Source: Octopus vulgaris (taxonomy: Eukaryota). Taken from it: 64,000 nt of DNA. Below are positions 41,141 through 52,957 of the stretch, piece by piece. The stretch's first letter is position 1. The number at the start of each line of letters is the position of its first letter. Under the pieces are notes generated by a model. It had not been told where the DNA came from. It searched no databases and saw only the letters and a program-made list of their open reading frames with translations. The translations under genes and the position numbers were made by a program. Location: NCBI GenBank assembly GCA_951406725.2, contig OX597821.1:12896001-12960000 (forward strand), read 5' to 3'.

Positions 41141-42145
41141 GGATTTAAAAGACCACAAAGATCATAACAGACAGGTACTTTGCTGCATATGATATTTCGG
41201 TCTAACTATATTTTTAAGGAAATGACCAAGGCGATGTGCTCGCCGGCACCTGAGGAACACATTGTGAAGCCTAAAATCAATGTAAAAACACAAAATTAGG
41301 AGAGATAGGTACATGTACAATCTTGCGAAGTAGCCTACCTAGAGCTGGCAGTCTGGATATCAAATTAAGCTCGAAATTCTTAAAGGGAATACGGCATTTG
41401 GAAAAATTGAGGAAAAGTTATGGTGTTAGATATTAGACAAAAATTAGCGTTCAAATGACATACCTACAGGTGAAAAGTATAGCAGTACTTGTGAGATGTA
41501 GACCACTCTCACTATGCGTGTACAATGTTTGAATGATTTCAGCAAAAATACTCCGAACAATATTGAAATTAAAATGGGAAGATATGCTATTATATACGGA
41601 ATTACTTCAGATGACTGGCAGTTTGCCATGTGACTCACACTGAGTAAACACCTGAAATCTGAAATGCAATGAGCTGGACATCTTACTGATATGTCAGATG
41701 TGAAACCATGGTGTGGTTACAATTTGGGAAGCGATTATACCATAAGGCATAGAAGAGGTACTAGATCTGAATTCACAACAACTAGGAAGAGAAAGACACT
41801 AATAGAAATTGATGTAGGTCTGTTTCTGTCGAAGGAAAGTATAATGGGAAGGGCAGTATATGGGATACACTATAAAAAATTAAGTGGTAAATATATTGTC
41901 TTTGTCACCAGCATTTCCAGTCAAATAGCTAGCTAGATGAACAACGTAAAGTCACACAGCCGTTCGCGAAAGCAAAATCTTTCGAGCAACGATTTTCTGG
42001 TAACAACATGTGTGTAAGTAGTATATGGAAATACCTGTCGGAGTCACTCTGGTTTGAAAACGTTGATGAAAGAGCATAAGAATACAATATCCATACCAAG
42101 ATATATAAACCCTGCAAATGTTTTGAGTCTTATTTTGAATCTTAT

Positions 42146-42541
42146 AGACGCAGGAGTGGCTGTGTGGTAAGTAGCTTGCTAACCAACCACATGGTTTCGG
42201 GTTCAGTCCCACTGCGTGGCATCTTGAGCAAGTGTCTTCTGCTATAGCCTCGGGCCGACCAAGACCTTGTGGGTGAATTTGGTAGACGGAAACTGAAAGA
42301 AGCCTGTCGTATGTATGTATATATATGTATGTGTGTGTATGCGTATGTGTGTCTGTGTTTGTCCCCCTAGCATTGCTTGACAACCGATGCTGGTGTGTTT
42401 ACGTCCCCGTTACTTAGCGGTTCGGCAAAAGAGACCGATAGAATAAGTACTGGGCTTACAAAAGAATAAGTCCCGGGGTCGAGTTGCTCGATTAAAGGCG
42501 GTGATCCAGCATGGCCGCAGTCAAATGACTGAAACAAGTAA
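42146..42541 (+). mobile_element. Full-length SINE family B
   Basis: Matches 13082-13531. Confidence 0.9.
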
Positions 42542-43176
42542 ATATGTCTGAGGGCTTGCAAACCAGCTTTTGATCTCAAGAGTCATTCACAACTCACAGT
42601 CAATGACAATAAAGATTATTGGTGTAAAGTAGATGATTTGAAATGGTTATTCGCCATGCTGATGTGAAAGCATGTATCAATATAACGAACATATAAATAC
42701 ATATCATCGCGAATGTATGTATGAACAAATACATGTGTATGTTTGTATTCATGTGTGTGTGTGCTTATGTGTGTGTTTGTGTGCGTATTATTGAGTGCGT
42801 GTGTGTGTGTGTGTGTGCGAGTATAAATATGAACGCGTGTGTGTGTATGTTGCATATCAGTTGTAGAATGACACCACGATCCTAATAATCTATATCTATC
42901 TACTTTGAAACCGTTTCTGTTTAGTATAAACGAACCTAAATAGCCTTTAATTTATACTATAACAATGAACAATAGTAAATTGAATTACCATCAGTATTGA
43001 GGAACAATTCACATACCTAAGACATTGTCAGCGAGCAGTGACATTAAAGAGGGGGAACACACACTCTGCATTGCCGGCAATTGTATTTACCGATTATAAA
43101 CATATATATGTATGTATGCATACCTATATACACTTACTCATTGAGTCTGTGTTTATATATATGTATTCGCATGTAG

Positions 43177-43227
<51 letters not shown>

Positions 43228-43273
43228 CATGTATATATATACATATATATATATATATATGTATATGTATAAG

Positions 43274-43326
<53 letters not shown>

Positions 43327-43904
43327 CATTTTGCTTTTACAAATTGAAAACAACACGTCAATAGCGTTTGTGTATATTTAGTGCATAGTCATAAATACAT
43401 ACACAAAAACATGTATACGTATATACATAAAAACATACATACACACGCACATACAAATATACATACATACCCATATCCACTTTCACATCACACATGCACA
43501 CAAGTATGTGTTTGTTTGTTTGGTGATAACCCAACCAGTCAATAAAGTGTAACCGTGCGGTAAGAAAGCATTGAAATCTGTAGAATATACCAGACCTCGG
43601 TAAAATATACTTCAAAATATATTAAAAAAAGACTCACATCTTGATTTCTTAGATGTTGAATAGAACGAGAAATAAACGTGATCTCAAATAATGGAATTCA
43701 AAAGAATCAAAGGAACTGGACTAACTCAACTAACTCACCATTTTGTTTAGATTCCTGAATACAATCAATATGGTATTGAATGTATATTGAACACCATGCA
43801 GTAAACCACCTGTATACCGTATGCGGAACCCAGGAACTGGTTTCAATTCTTGAATGAATTAAACAAAATTATATTAGTAACATTGATAATATTGTTTGCA
43901 AATT

Positions 43905-44462
43905 TTGGCTTAAGGCCAGCTATTTCGTGGCAGGGCTATGTCGATTATATAGACTCCAGTACTCAACTGGTACCTATGTTATTGACACCGAAAGAATGAA
44001 AGACAAATCGTCCTTAAAAGGATTTGAGCTCAGAATGTAAAGACAGACGAAATACCTATTTCTTTACTGCCCACAAGGAGCTAAACATAGAGGGGACAGA
44101 CAAGGACAGACAAACGGATTAAGTGATTTATATCGACCCCAGTGAGTAACTAGTTCTTATTTAATCGACCCCAAAAGGATGAAAGGCAAATTCGACCTCG
44201 GTGGAATTTGAACTCAGAACGTAACGGCAGACGAAATACCTATTTCTTTATTACCCACAAGGGGCTAAACATAGAGGGGACAAACAAGGACAGACATAAA
44301 TATTAAGTCGATTACATCGACCCCAGAGCGTAACTGGTACTTAATTTATCGACCCCGAAAGTATGAAAGGCAAAGTCGACCTCGGCGGAGTTTTTGACTC
44401 AGAACGTAACGGCAGACGAAATACCGCTTAGCCTTTTCCCTGACGTGCAGCAGCTCGTGGCC
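43905..44462 (-). mobile_element. SINE family A head-to-tail trimer
   Basis: Junction GACGAAATACCTATTTCTTTA at ~44046 and ~44230. Confidence 0.83.
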
Positions 44463-44552
44463 TTAGTGTTATTGATAATATACTCTGATGAAATAAATGT
44501 GTGCTCGTCTAAGTAGCAACCCAGTTCCTGGTTTCCTGTTGAATCCCAAGTT

Positions 44553-44923
44553 AATTACCTCCGCCTTCTCTAAGGCAGAGGTGTTGTTTTCAGTTGTGTT
44601 TGTTTGCTTATTTGTCCGTGGACAACATATCTCAAGAACCGCTAAATGAATTCTGATGAAACTTTCAGGAAAGTTTGGCCTTGAGACTAGCACGAACTGA
44701 TTTGATTTTGGCATCGATCCGGTATCGGACAAAGATTCTGAATTATTTCTCCTGTTTTTTCACTTAATTTTTAAGAGCGGCCAGGTTCATTTTTAGTATT
44801 ATTGTTTGTAAGAGTAGTCCAGGTTATTTCAGATATTCTCATTTTAAAAATCATCTCCGGCCAATCGCTGAGAGGACGTTGGTGTTGCTTTGGCGGAAGT
44901 TTGCGCTGTCTGAGTACTCTTGT
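44553..44923 (+). mobile_element. Non-autonomous Helentron / DINE-1-like element
   Basis: 5' subTIR ACCTCCGCC with adjacent inverted GGCAGAGGT, (GTTT) tract, 3' subTIR GGCGGAAGT plus terminal hairpin GCGCTGTCTGAGTAC, T-rich flanks. Confidence 0.7.
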
Positions 44924-45152
44924 TTTGTAATATTTTATGATGCAGTGTATGTCAGTTCTACTGGCGAAGTGGTTGAATCGATTGAGCATCAGTTACAAAG
45001 AGTCGTGTGATTTATTTTGATACTCTGTTCAAATCCATTCGAAGCCAACTTTGCATTTCATTGTAGGTTGCGATAAAATATCAATCAAGTATTGACAATC
45101 AAGACAAAGGATGATTCGTCAGATTCTCTTTCTCAACGTCTACTTCTTCCTT

Positions 45153-45210
<58 letters not shown>

Positions 45211-45258
45211 CACACATACAAACACACACACAGATATACATACATACATGTATATATA

Positions 45259-45300
45259 CTAGCTGAAACACCCAACATCGCCCGGGGCTTGAATATGATT
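45259..45300 (-). mobile_element. Helitron-like 3' end
   Basis: Minus strand CCCGGGCGATGTTGGG hairpin then CTAG|T; 5' end not located. Confidence 0.5.
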
Positions 45301-47602
45301 TGGCGACTTTTATTTGTTATTATTAAATTGTGTAACCTGATTTCTAGTGTGTTTGCTTGTACTTGAGTGTGTGTGGGCACGCGTGTGTACACTGTTTTTC
45401 AAACGATACGAAAAGTAGGGGTCTGATTGATAGAATATTTCGCCTGAATAGTTTGTAAATGTCACTAATTTCAAATGGCACAAAGTTTAAAAAATTATAT
45501 TCTGTCATTCATAATATTCGAAACCGCTCATAAACATTTTAAATTCTATACATTATCGTCTGATGTAGACGTTTGAGAAAGTGTGTGCACATGCGTATTG
45601 TGCATGTTGGTGAGTGTAAAATATAGCGACAGAGACAGAGAGGCTGATATACAGAGATCAGGAGAAAAAATGTAGGACTAAGGTAAGGACGAAAATGAAT
45701 GACAGGCTTCTAGGGAGATGGACGTCGTATCCATATGACTATTCTGTACATCATTCCAACAATATTACGCTATTACCTATCTTTTACTACTGTCAATCTT
45801 TCAGCATCCTTTTCTTAAATCTTCTTTCTTAAACTATCAAAGTGACCATAGACATGGACTTTTCCCCTCATACTAATCTCTGGGTTGAGCTTTTGAGTTA
45901 AATGCACCTAGCTTCAATGAGAATTATCGACGCTGGTTTCAAAAGAAATATCAGCGCTGATTCACTGATAGATGTACATATGTCGGAACCACGTTGCTCC
46001 GTAATGATTGGGACGTCAGTGGCGCATACACAGCGTCTATTTATCTAGAAATGTTGACAGCAGAGGATCTAATACCTTTAATCATAGAGAAGTCGGATAT
46101 ACAACGCGAAGTGTCGTAAGACGAATCGATCTGCAGTACAATATAGAACAAAAATGAAGACGTGTTTGGCGATACATTCCTTGGTATTGACATTTGCTTT
46201 TTATTTTGCAAGATAATGTGTGATTTGTAAGTGACTTGACTATTATTTCTGGCAGATCGAGCGATCTTGAGAATATTCTTCCTTTATTTTATACAAAAGT
46301 AGTCTTTCTTTTTATTGTATTACTAGAAGTGAATAAACGCGAAGCATATTAACGTACGATTTAAGACCTTCTTACCATAGCCATCACAACCTTCGGGAGG
46401 ATGTCAAGAAATATATTTTATCATCTCTTGGCATGTATAGAATGATGGTTTAAGATTTTATTAGCCATTGTCTGTTATTTTTGCCTATCGAGCAACTGTG
46501 TAGAATCTAGTTCTACACACAATAGGACTTCTCCCTCTTTGAGTTTAAAACATGCTTTTACAATCGTGAAGTTTTGCTCGCGCCCACTCGCCCTTTCATT
46601 TACTCTCTCTCTCTTTCTTTTTCTCCCAATCTTTCTCTCTCGTTTTCTCTTACTATTTGTTAACATACAATATATCTTTTATATACATACGATTGTTAAC
46701 ATAGAATATACATTGTTAACATACGATATATCTTTTTATTTTATTAAAATGGAACTGATAAAATCGCAATATTTTCATAATATTACACCTCCATTACCCC
46801 CTGCAAGTCCTCTTTTAGTTATTAATAAATATTAAATTTCATTTGAGAGTTCACTACCGTGACTTTTATCTGAACACTTTAATGTTTGTTCTCGTTATTG
46901 GAGTAGAAGTGGTGAGGCATTACTTAAAATATTGACTGAGAAACGAGTTCCAAATAATGTTTCTACATGTTAACATTTAGCTTAGTGAAAGTTGAGATAT
47001 TTCATGAAGAGAGCCCAAAGAGCATTAATTAAAATGCCTGAACTGAGTGAAGATGTTAATGTTTCCAATAACTCAGAAATAATCAGGTATGGCTGCTTGA
47101 TTAAGAACATGCCTTTATAGCTATGTTGCGTCGGGATCATTCCCCTTGCGCGGCACTTTGGGCAAGAGTCTTCTGTAGCCCAAGGCCAACCTTGTGAGAA
47201 TATGAAGTAGACAGAAACTATATGGAAGCCCGGAGTATATATATGTATATATGTTATATATGTGTGTGTGTTTTCTGCTTGTCCCGCGCTACCACGATTG
47301 GTTGACAGCAGGTGTTGGTTTGTTTACGACTCGTAGTATAGCAGTTCGGCAAAAGATAAAGGTAGAAGAAGTACCAGAATTTAAAAAACAAACAGAAAAG
47401 GAGTACCGGCATTTATTTATTTGACTAATCCTTTCAAGAGGGTATTCCAAAATATTTGAAACACCTAAGGTAAAAGGCAAAAGTTAATCTGCCAATTTAC
47501 CTACTTTCCTTAATAATTTTAATAATACCAAGACAGATCTAATGACGTCACTGCACTGTAAACGCTCAACTGTACACAAACACAAACACACATACACACA
47601 CA

Positions 47603-47659
<57 letters not shown>

Positions 47660-48099
47660 CTTACATCATGGATCTCCATACATTTTTGAATTCATTTCGT
47701 GTTTGGAGTTGTTTCTCTTTTCAGTCCAGAAAAGACTGAGTCATTAAAAATAAGATTTTTCTTCTCATTATGGATTTAATTTTAATTAACTATCAGTTTT
47801 GACTTTCTTCATTAATTATGTTAAGTTATAATTAACTAAATTTTAGTGCTTCGTCGACTTGGAACATAATTTGATCAACGAGGGAATAGATTGAATAGAT
47901 TGACTAAATTGATATCCTTCTTACAGCACCAGTAATCTTCATAGTTTTATCCTTTATTTAAGAGAAAAGGACCCACCCATGACCTACTAAAGGTTTCCTT
48001 AAACAAGACACGTTGCCCGAATGCTCTCACAACAGCAGATATTTCTATTAATTTTAAAGAAATTTTTTTCAGAAGCACTTAAAATTACTATTTTGTATA

Positions 48100-48665
48100 T
48101 GGATATCCGCTATACAATTTTGTTACGTGGGCCTCCAATCATTTCATATGGACCCTCAGGGGCTATATGGGCCCTGCTTGAGAACCAATGAGTTAGAGAA
48201 AGAAACGTAGCAATACATACTAATTCTTTTTCGTCGCCCTTTTGAAGCGTAGCCAGGCTCAATGGCCCGGTTTCCCGGTTTCTGTGGCGTATGTGTTCCC
48301 CCCAGCTGGACGGGACGCCAATCCATCGCAGCATTACTCAAGAAAAAGGAAGAGAAAGTGAGAGAGAGAAAGTTGTGGCGAAAGAGTACAACAGGGATCG
48401 CCCCTCCCCGCCGGAGGCTCGTGTATCTTTTAGGTGGTTTCACTCAATAAACACAACGCCCGGTCTGGGAATCGAAACTGCGATCTTCCAACCGAAAGTC
48501 CAATGCCTCCACAACACATACTAATACATATATCTAAAAGCAAATTTTTTTCAGGATCCTTAAAGTACTATTCTGGATACCAAACTTAATAGTTTGTTGT
48601 ATAAAGCCTCAACAATCTTATATAGACCTTCAGGGGACATACGGACCTCGGTTAAGAACCTCTGC
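48100..48665. mobile_element. Two hAT-MITE-like end fragments flanking a family C SINE (48235-48512, -)
   Basis: GGACCCTCAGGGG..GCTTGAGAACCAATG (to ~48190) and GACCTTCAGGGG..GGTTAAGAACCTCTG (to ~48664). Confidence 0.5.
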
Positions 48666-49154
48666 TTTAAAGTCAACCAGAGTGCCACAAGCTGTCTGCT
48701 GACCCTCAAATTTTACCATTACCTACCATAAGGTAGAAAAGCAATGAATATGCTGAAAGCTAATAAGTCTCTTTCGCTGTTAAAATAGGATGGCAAAGTT
48801 CAAATAATTAAATTCGAGTGATGAGAGGAGGTGAATTTGAAGTTTCATGAAGAACCTGTTGTCAGTAAACAAATAAGTATAGAGCATGGAATTAAATGTA
48901 GTTGAAACACAGCTGGAATTTGAGATTACGCTTGATACGACGCCACGCTAAGATTTTGAGTTTTGTAAAACAATGCCGAAGACAGCTTGTCTGAACATAA
49001 ATAGTTGATTGTTACAAACTAGCTTTATTTAGCTGACGCTACAGATGATGTATAATAAATGGTTGACTATTACAAATTACTTTTAAAATATCGACGTGAT
49101 ATAGGTGACGCTGTCGGTTAATTGTGAAGTCCAGCGTATTCAGTGAAATACAAA

Positions 49155-49199
49155 ATGATGATGTGGATGAGGATGAGGAGGCTGGGAATGAAGACGAAA

Positions 49200-49263
<64 letters not shown>

Positions 49264-49860
49264 TGTTGATGATGATGATGATGATAATAATAATAATGAC
49301 ATTAATAATAATGATGATGATGATGATGGTGATCATCATCATCGTCATCATCATGAGAAGGAGAAGAAGAAGAAGAAGAAGAAGAAGAAGAAGAAGAAGA
49401 AGAAGGAAAAGAGGAAGGAGAAGAAAAAAAAGAAGGAAGAAGAAGAAGGAAACGAGGAAGAAGAAGAGAAAGAAGGAAAAATGGAAGAAGAAAAGAGGAA
49501 GAATAAGAGAAATAAGGAAGAAAAAGACAAAGAAGTAGAAGAGGAAGGTGAAGAAGAAGAAGAAAAGAAGAAGAAGATGAGGAAGGAGAAGAACAAGAAC
49601 AACAACAACAACAACAACAAGAGGAAGGAGAAGGAGAAAGAAGGAGGAAAAGAAGAAGAAGAAGAAGAAGAAGAAGAAGAAGAAGAAGAAGAAGAAGAAG
49701 AAGAAGAAGAAGAAGAAGAAGAAAGAGAAGAAAAAGAAGATTATGATAATAAATATTGAGATGATGATAGAGTACTGATGATGGTCATGGTGCTTTTGTA
49801 GTTGCTTGTGAGGGTAGTGATGTTTGTTGGGGTGGTGGTGGTGGTGGTGGTTGTCGTTTA
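49155..49860. repeat. Compound (GAT)/(TAA)/(GAA)/(GGT) microsatellite
   Basis: Direct reading. Confidence 0.92.
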
Positions 49861-50069
49861 GCAATTAAAGTAATCTTTTATACGTCTTGAAACATCAAAA
49901 ATTTGAAGAGGACAATGGAAATTATGCCGTACTCAACGACAGGGTTCCTTTTATTTGGACAGGGTCTGTAACTTATCGATTCCGGAAAGATGAAAGGCAA
50001 ACGTTGGTCTGCAGGAAAAATAAAAAAACTTTCTTTTAGAAAGCCATAAATGAGCGTGCTACAACAATT

Positions 50070-51712
50070 GTATTGCTGTGTGGTAAGTGTCTTCTACTAT
50101 AGTCTCGTGCCGACCAAAGACTTGTGAGTGGATTTGGTAGAAAGAAGCCCGTCGTATGTATATATGTATATATAAGTGTATGTGTGTATGTATGTGTGTG
50201 TATATCTTTGTGTCTCTGTGTTTGTCCCCCAACATCGCTTGAGAACCGATGCTGGTGTGTTTACGTCCCCATAACTTAGCAGTTCGGCATAAGAAACCGA
50301 TCAAGACTTTTCCGTTAACAAAACCCACTTTTTGCTGGCGGTGTGTCTCTAAATGCACTATAGTATTTTATGTTAGAAAATAGATGAACGCCCTTATGTG
50401 AACCTTGGTCATGCTAGAAATAATGCTAAACGTTCCATTATATCAATCTGCTATCTTGAACAGTGAAGTATTCATTGAGCCATATATTCTTTGCTGCACT
50501 TTGAGTGCAAAAGGATTCATCACAACTGGAACGCTTTTGAAAAAAGCAAACGAGAAACACGTTGTTATCTAAGAGGGTTCAATATATCACTAACTAGCAG
50601 TATCGCCCGGCGTTGCTCAGGCTTGTAAGGGAAATAACTATATAAGCATTTTTAGAGATGTAAAGTATAATAGCCATCTCAATATGGCTAACCACAAAGG
50701 GGGGGTGTTACTGTAGCTTTTTACGTTCTGAGATTTAATATTAAATTTTTAGAGAGTTACTTCCTTTATATGATTGATTGATTGATTGTTTCTAGTTTCA
50801 GCTCATGAGCTGTGGCCATGCTGGGGCACCGATGCCAAAAATGCATTAAAAATGGGAAAAATTGATGGTAAATTTTTTTTTTAAATCGTAGACTAATCGT
50901 AGACGCGCGCTAATACCCAGAAGGGCTCAATATGAATCACGACTATAAGATACCCGGTTTTAGTTAAACTGCACCGCAAAATGTGGGAGTAGTTAGGAAT
51001 CTAAATCGTAGGAGAGAGACAGCACACAACCTCACTTTTATATATAAAGATATGCGTCATGTAAACTTACCATATGGTAAATTTAGAGTCTTTCCAGCAT
51101 GTCTTATGCAGCGAGAAATATAATTCGCAAAGTAGAGACGCAAAATTAAGCGAGCCTCGTCCAGTCGCGCTACACAAGACGTTACTGTGAGCGTTTGGAA
51201 ACCCATGACTTATTGTTCTTTGATGGCTACAAGCTTATTAGAGTGAAGGACCAATACTTATGACTCTCTGTGTGATATATCGGGCGAAGCCAGCTTCATC
51301 ATGCGAGCTTGGCAATAAATCAAACTGGGAAGCGAGATTTCTTTCGAACGATCATTTAGCATAGAAATGTTAGGAATATGTATTGTTCTAGGGGCATAAA
51401 ATACAATAGTGCATTTAGAGACACACCGCCAGGAAAAAGTGGGTCTTGTTAACGGAAAAGTTTTGATCGGTCTCTTATGCCGAACTGCTAAGTTATGGGA
51501 ACGTAAACACACCAGCAACGGTTTTCAAGCGATGTTGGCGGGGACAAACACAGAGACACAAAGATATACACACACATACATACACACATACATACACTTA
51601 TATATATATATATATATATATATACGACGGGCTTCTTTCAGTTACCGTCTACCAAATCCACTCCCAAGGCTTTGGTCGGTAGAAGACACTTACTACACAG
51701 CCACTCCTACGC
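50070..51712. repeat. ~310-bp inverted duplication (deleted SINE-B fused to unique sequence), arms 50070-50373 and 51395-51712
   Basis: Both arms share the TAAG|TGTCTTCTAC deletion and the same fusion to CTTTTCCGTTAACAA..GGCGGTGTGTCTCTAAATGCACTAT. Confidence 0.78.
50594..51050 (-). mobile_element. Non-autonomous Helitron
   Basis: Minus strand A|TCTTTATATATAAAAG ... CCTGAGCAACGCCGGG-CGATACTG-CTAG|T: 5' TC, 3' CTAG, subterminal hairpin, A|T target; small SINE-tail insertion at ~50770-50832. Confidence 0.82.
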
Positions 51713-51713
51713 C

Positions 51714-51774
<61 letters not shown>

Positions 51775-51866
51775 GGCGCGAGTGCGACGATTTGAAAATT
51801 TTAGGTCAGATATAACCTTGGCAAGGTCGGATTTGCCTCGTGAAAATATCTGTTCCGACTTGGGCT

Positions 51867-51973
51867 ATTTCTTACTGAAGAATCTAAGGGCCTTTGGTAG
51901 ATTGGCTTGATTTAATTTAATCAGGTTAGTTTACCATTAATCAGCAGATGAAACGGTATATCGTATAAGAAAT
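51867..51973 (+). ncRNA. Type I hammerhead ribozyme, unit 1
   Basis: ATTTCTTA-CTGAAGA-ATCT...AGAT-GAAA-CGG[TATA]TCG-TA-TAAGAAAT; GUA triplet, predicted cleavage after 51965. Confidence 0.88.
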
Positions 51974-52357
51974 TACAAGGTAAATGTTTTTTAAATTTTC
52001 TCCTGGTTTACGGAATTAATTTTTATTTGCGGTTGAAGCTTTGGCTGTTATTTCTAGTGGGTGAATGGCCTATTATGGCCGTTCCTTGATTGTTGATGTT
52101 GAACTTAAAAATGGTCTATGACTATTTAATTTTTTCCCACTAGGCCGCTGGTGGCAAAAGAATTCTACAAAATTTTTTTGCCACCCTATATTGATTAATT
52201 ATGAATTTTCTGGTTAATTCCGTAATGGAATCGACGGCTTATATTTATTTGCTGCCGATAAATTTGGCGCGAGTGCGACGATTTGAAAATTTTAGGTCAG
52301 ATATAACCTTGGCAAGGTCGGATTTGCCTCGTGAAAATATCTGTTCCGACTTGGGCT

Positions 52358-52464
52358 ATTTCTTACTGAAGAATCTGAGGGCCTTTGGTAGATTGGCTTG
52401 ATTTAATTTAATCAGGTTAGTTTACCATTAATCAGCAGATGAAACGGTATATCGTATAAGAAAT
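52358..52464 (+). ncRNA. Type I hammerhead ribozyme, unit 2
   Basis: Same fold, stem II ATCTG/CAGAT; predicted cleavage after 52456. Confidence 0.9.
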
Positions 52465-52850
52465 TACAAGGTAAATGTTTTTTAAATTTTCTCCTGGTTT
52501 ACGGAATTAATTTTTATTTGCGGTTGAAGCTTTGGCTGTTATTTCTAGTGGGTGAATGGCCTATTATGGCCGTTCCTTGATTGTTGATGTTGAACTTAAA
52601 AATGGTCTATGACTATTTAATTTTTTCCCACTAGGCCGCTGGTGGCAAAAGAATTCTACAAAATTTTTTTTTGCCACCCTATATTGATTAATTATGAATT
52701 TTCTGGTTAATTCCGTAATGGAATCGACGGCTAATATTTATTTGCTGCCGATAAATTTGGCGCGAGTGCGACGATTTGAAAATTTTAGGTCAGATATAAC
52801 CTTGGCAAGGTCGGATTTGCCTCGTGAAAATATCTGTTCCGACTTGGGCT

Positions 52851-52957
52851 ATTTCTTACTGAAGAATCTGAGGGCCTTTGGTAGATTGGCTTGATTTAAT
52901 TTAATCAGGTTAGTTTACCATTAATCAGCAGATGAAACGGTATATCGTATAAGAAAT
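52851..52957 (+). ncRNA. Type I hammerhead ribozyme, unit 3
   Basis: Same fold; predicted cleavage after 52949. Confidence 0.9.

Larger units (their letters stand above)
39000..41900 (+). pseudogene. Old RTE-clade (BovB-like) LINE relic interrupted by a SINE and a PLE
   Basis: Fragments FANNNNEMYQLLEEK, KGPMCVCDNFRGITPL, SGFR..MDMIFSTR, FGLTI, PAPEEHIVKPKINV, KGNTAFGKLR, LKLKWED, Q*AGHLTDMSD resemble the RTE ORF in the expected order; boundaries approximate. Confidence 0.7.

Noticed and set aside
52201-52401. 66-aa ORF repeated in the HHR array (also 52694-52894)
   Set aside because: No recognisable domain and it runs through the ribozyme core; repetition is explained by the tandem duplication
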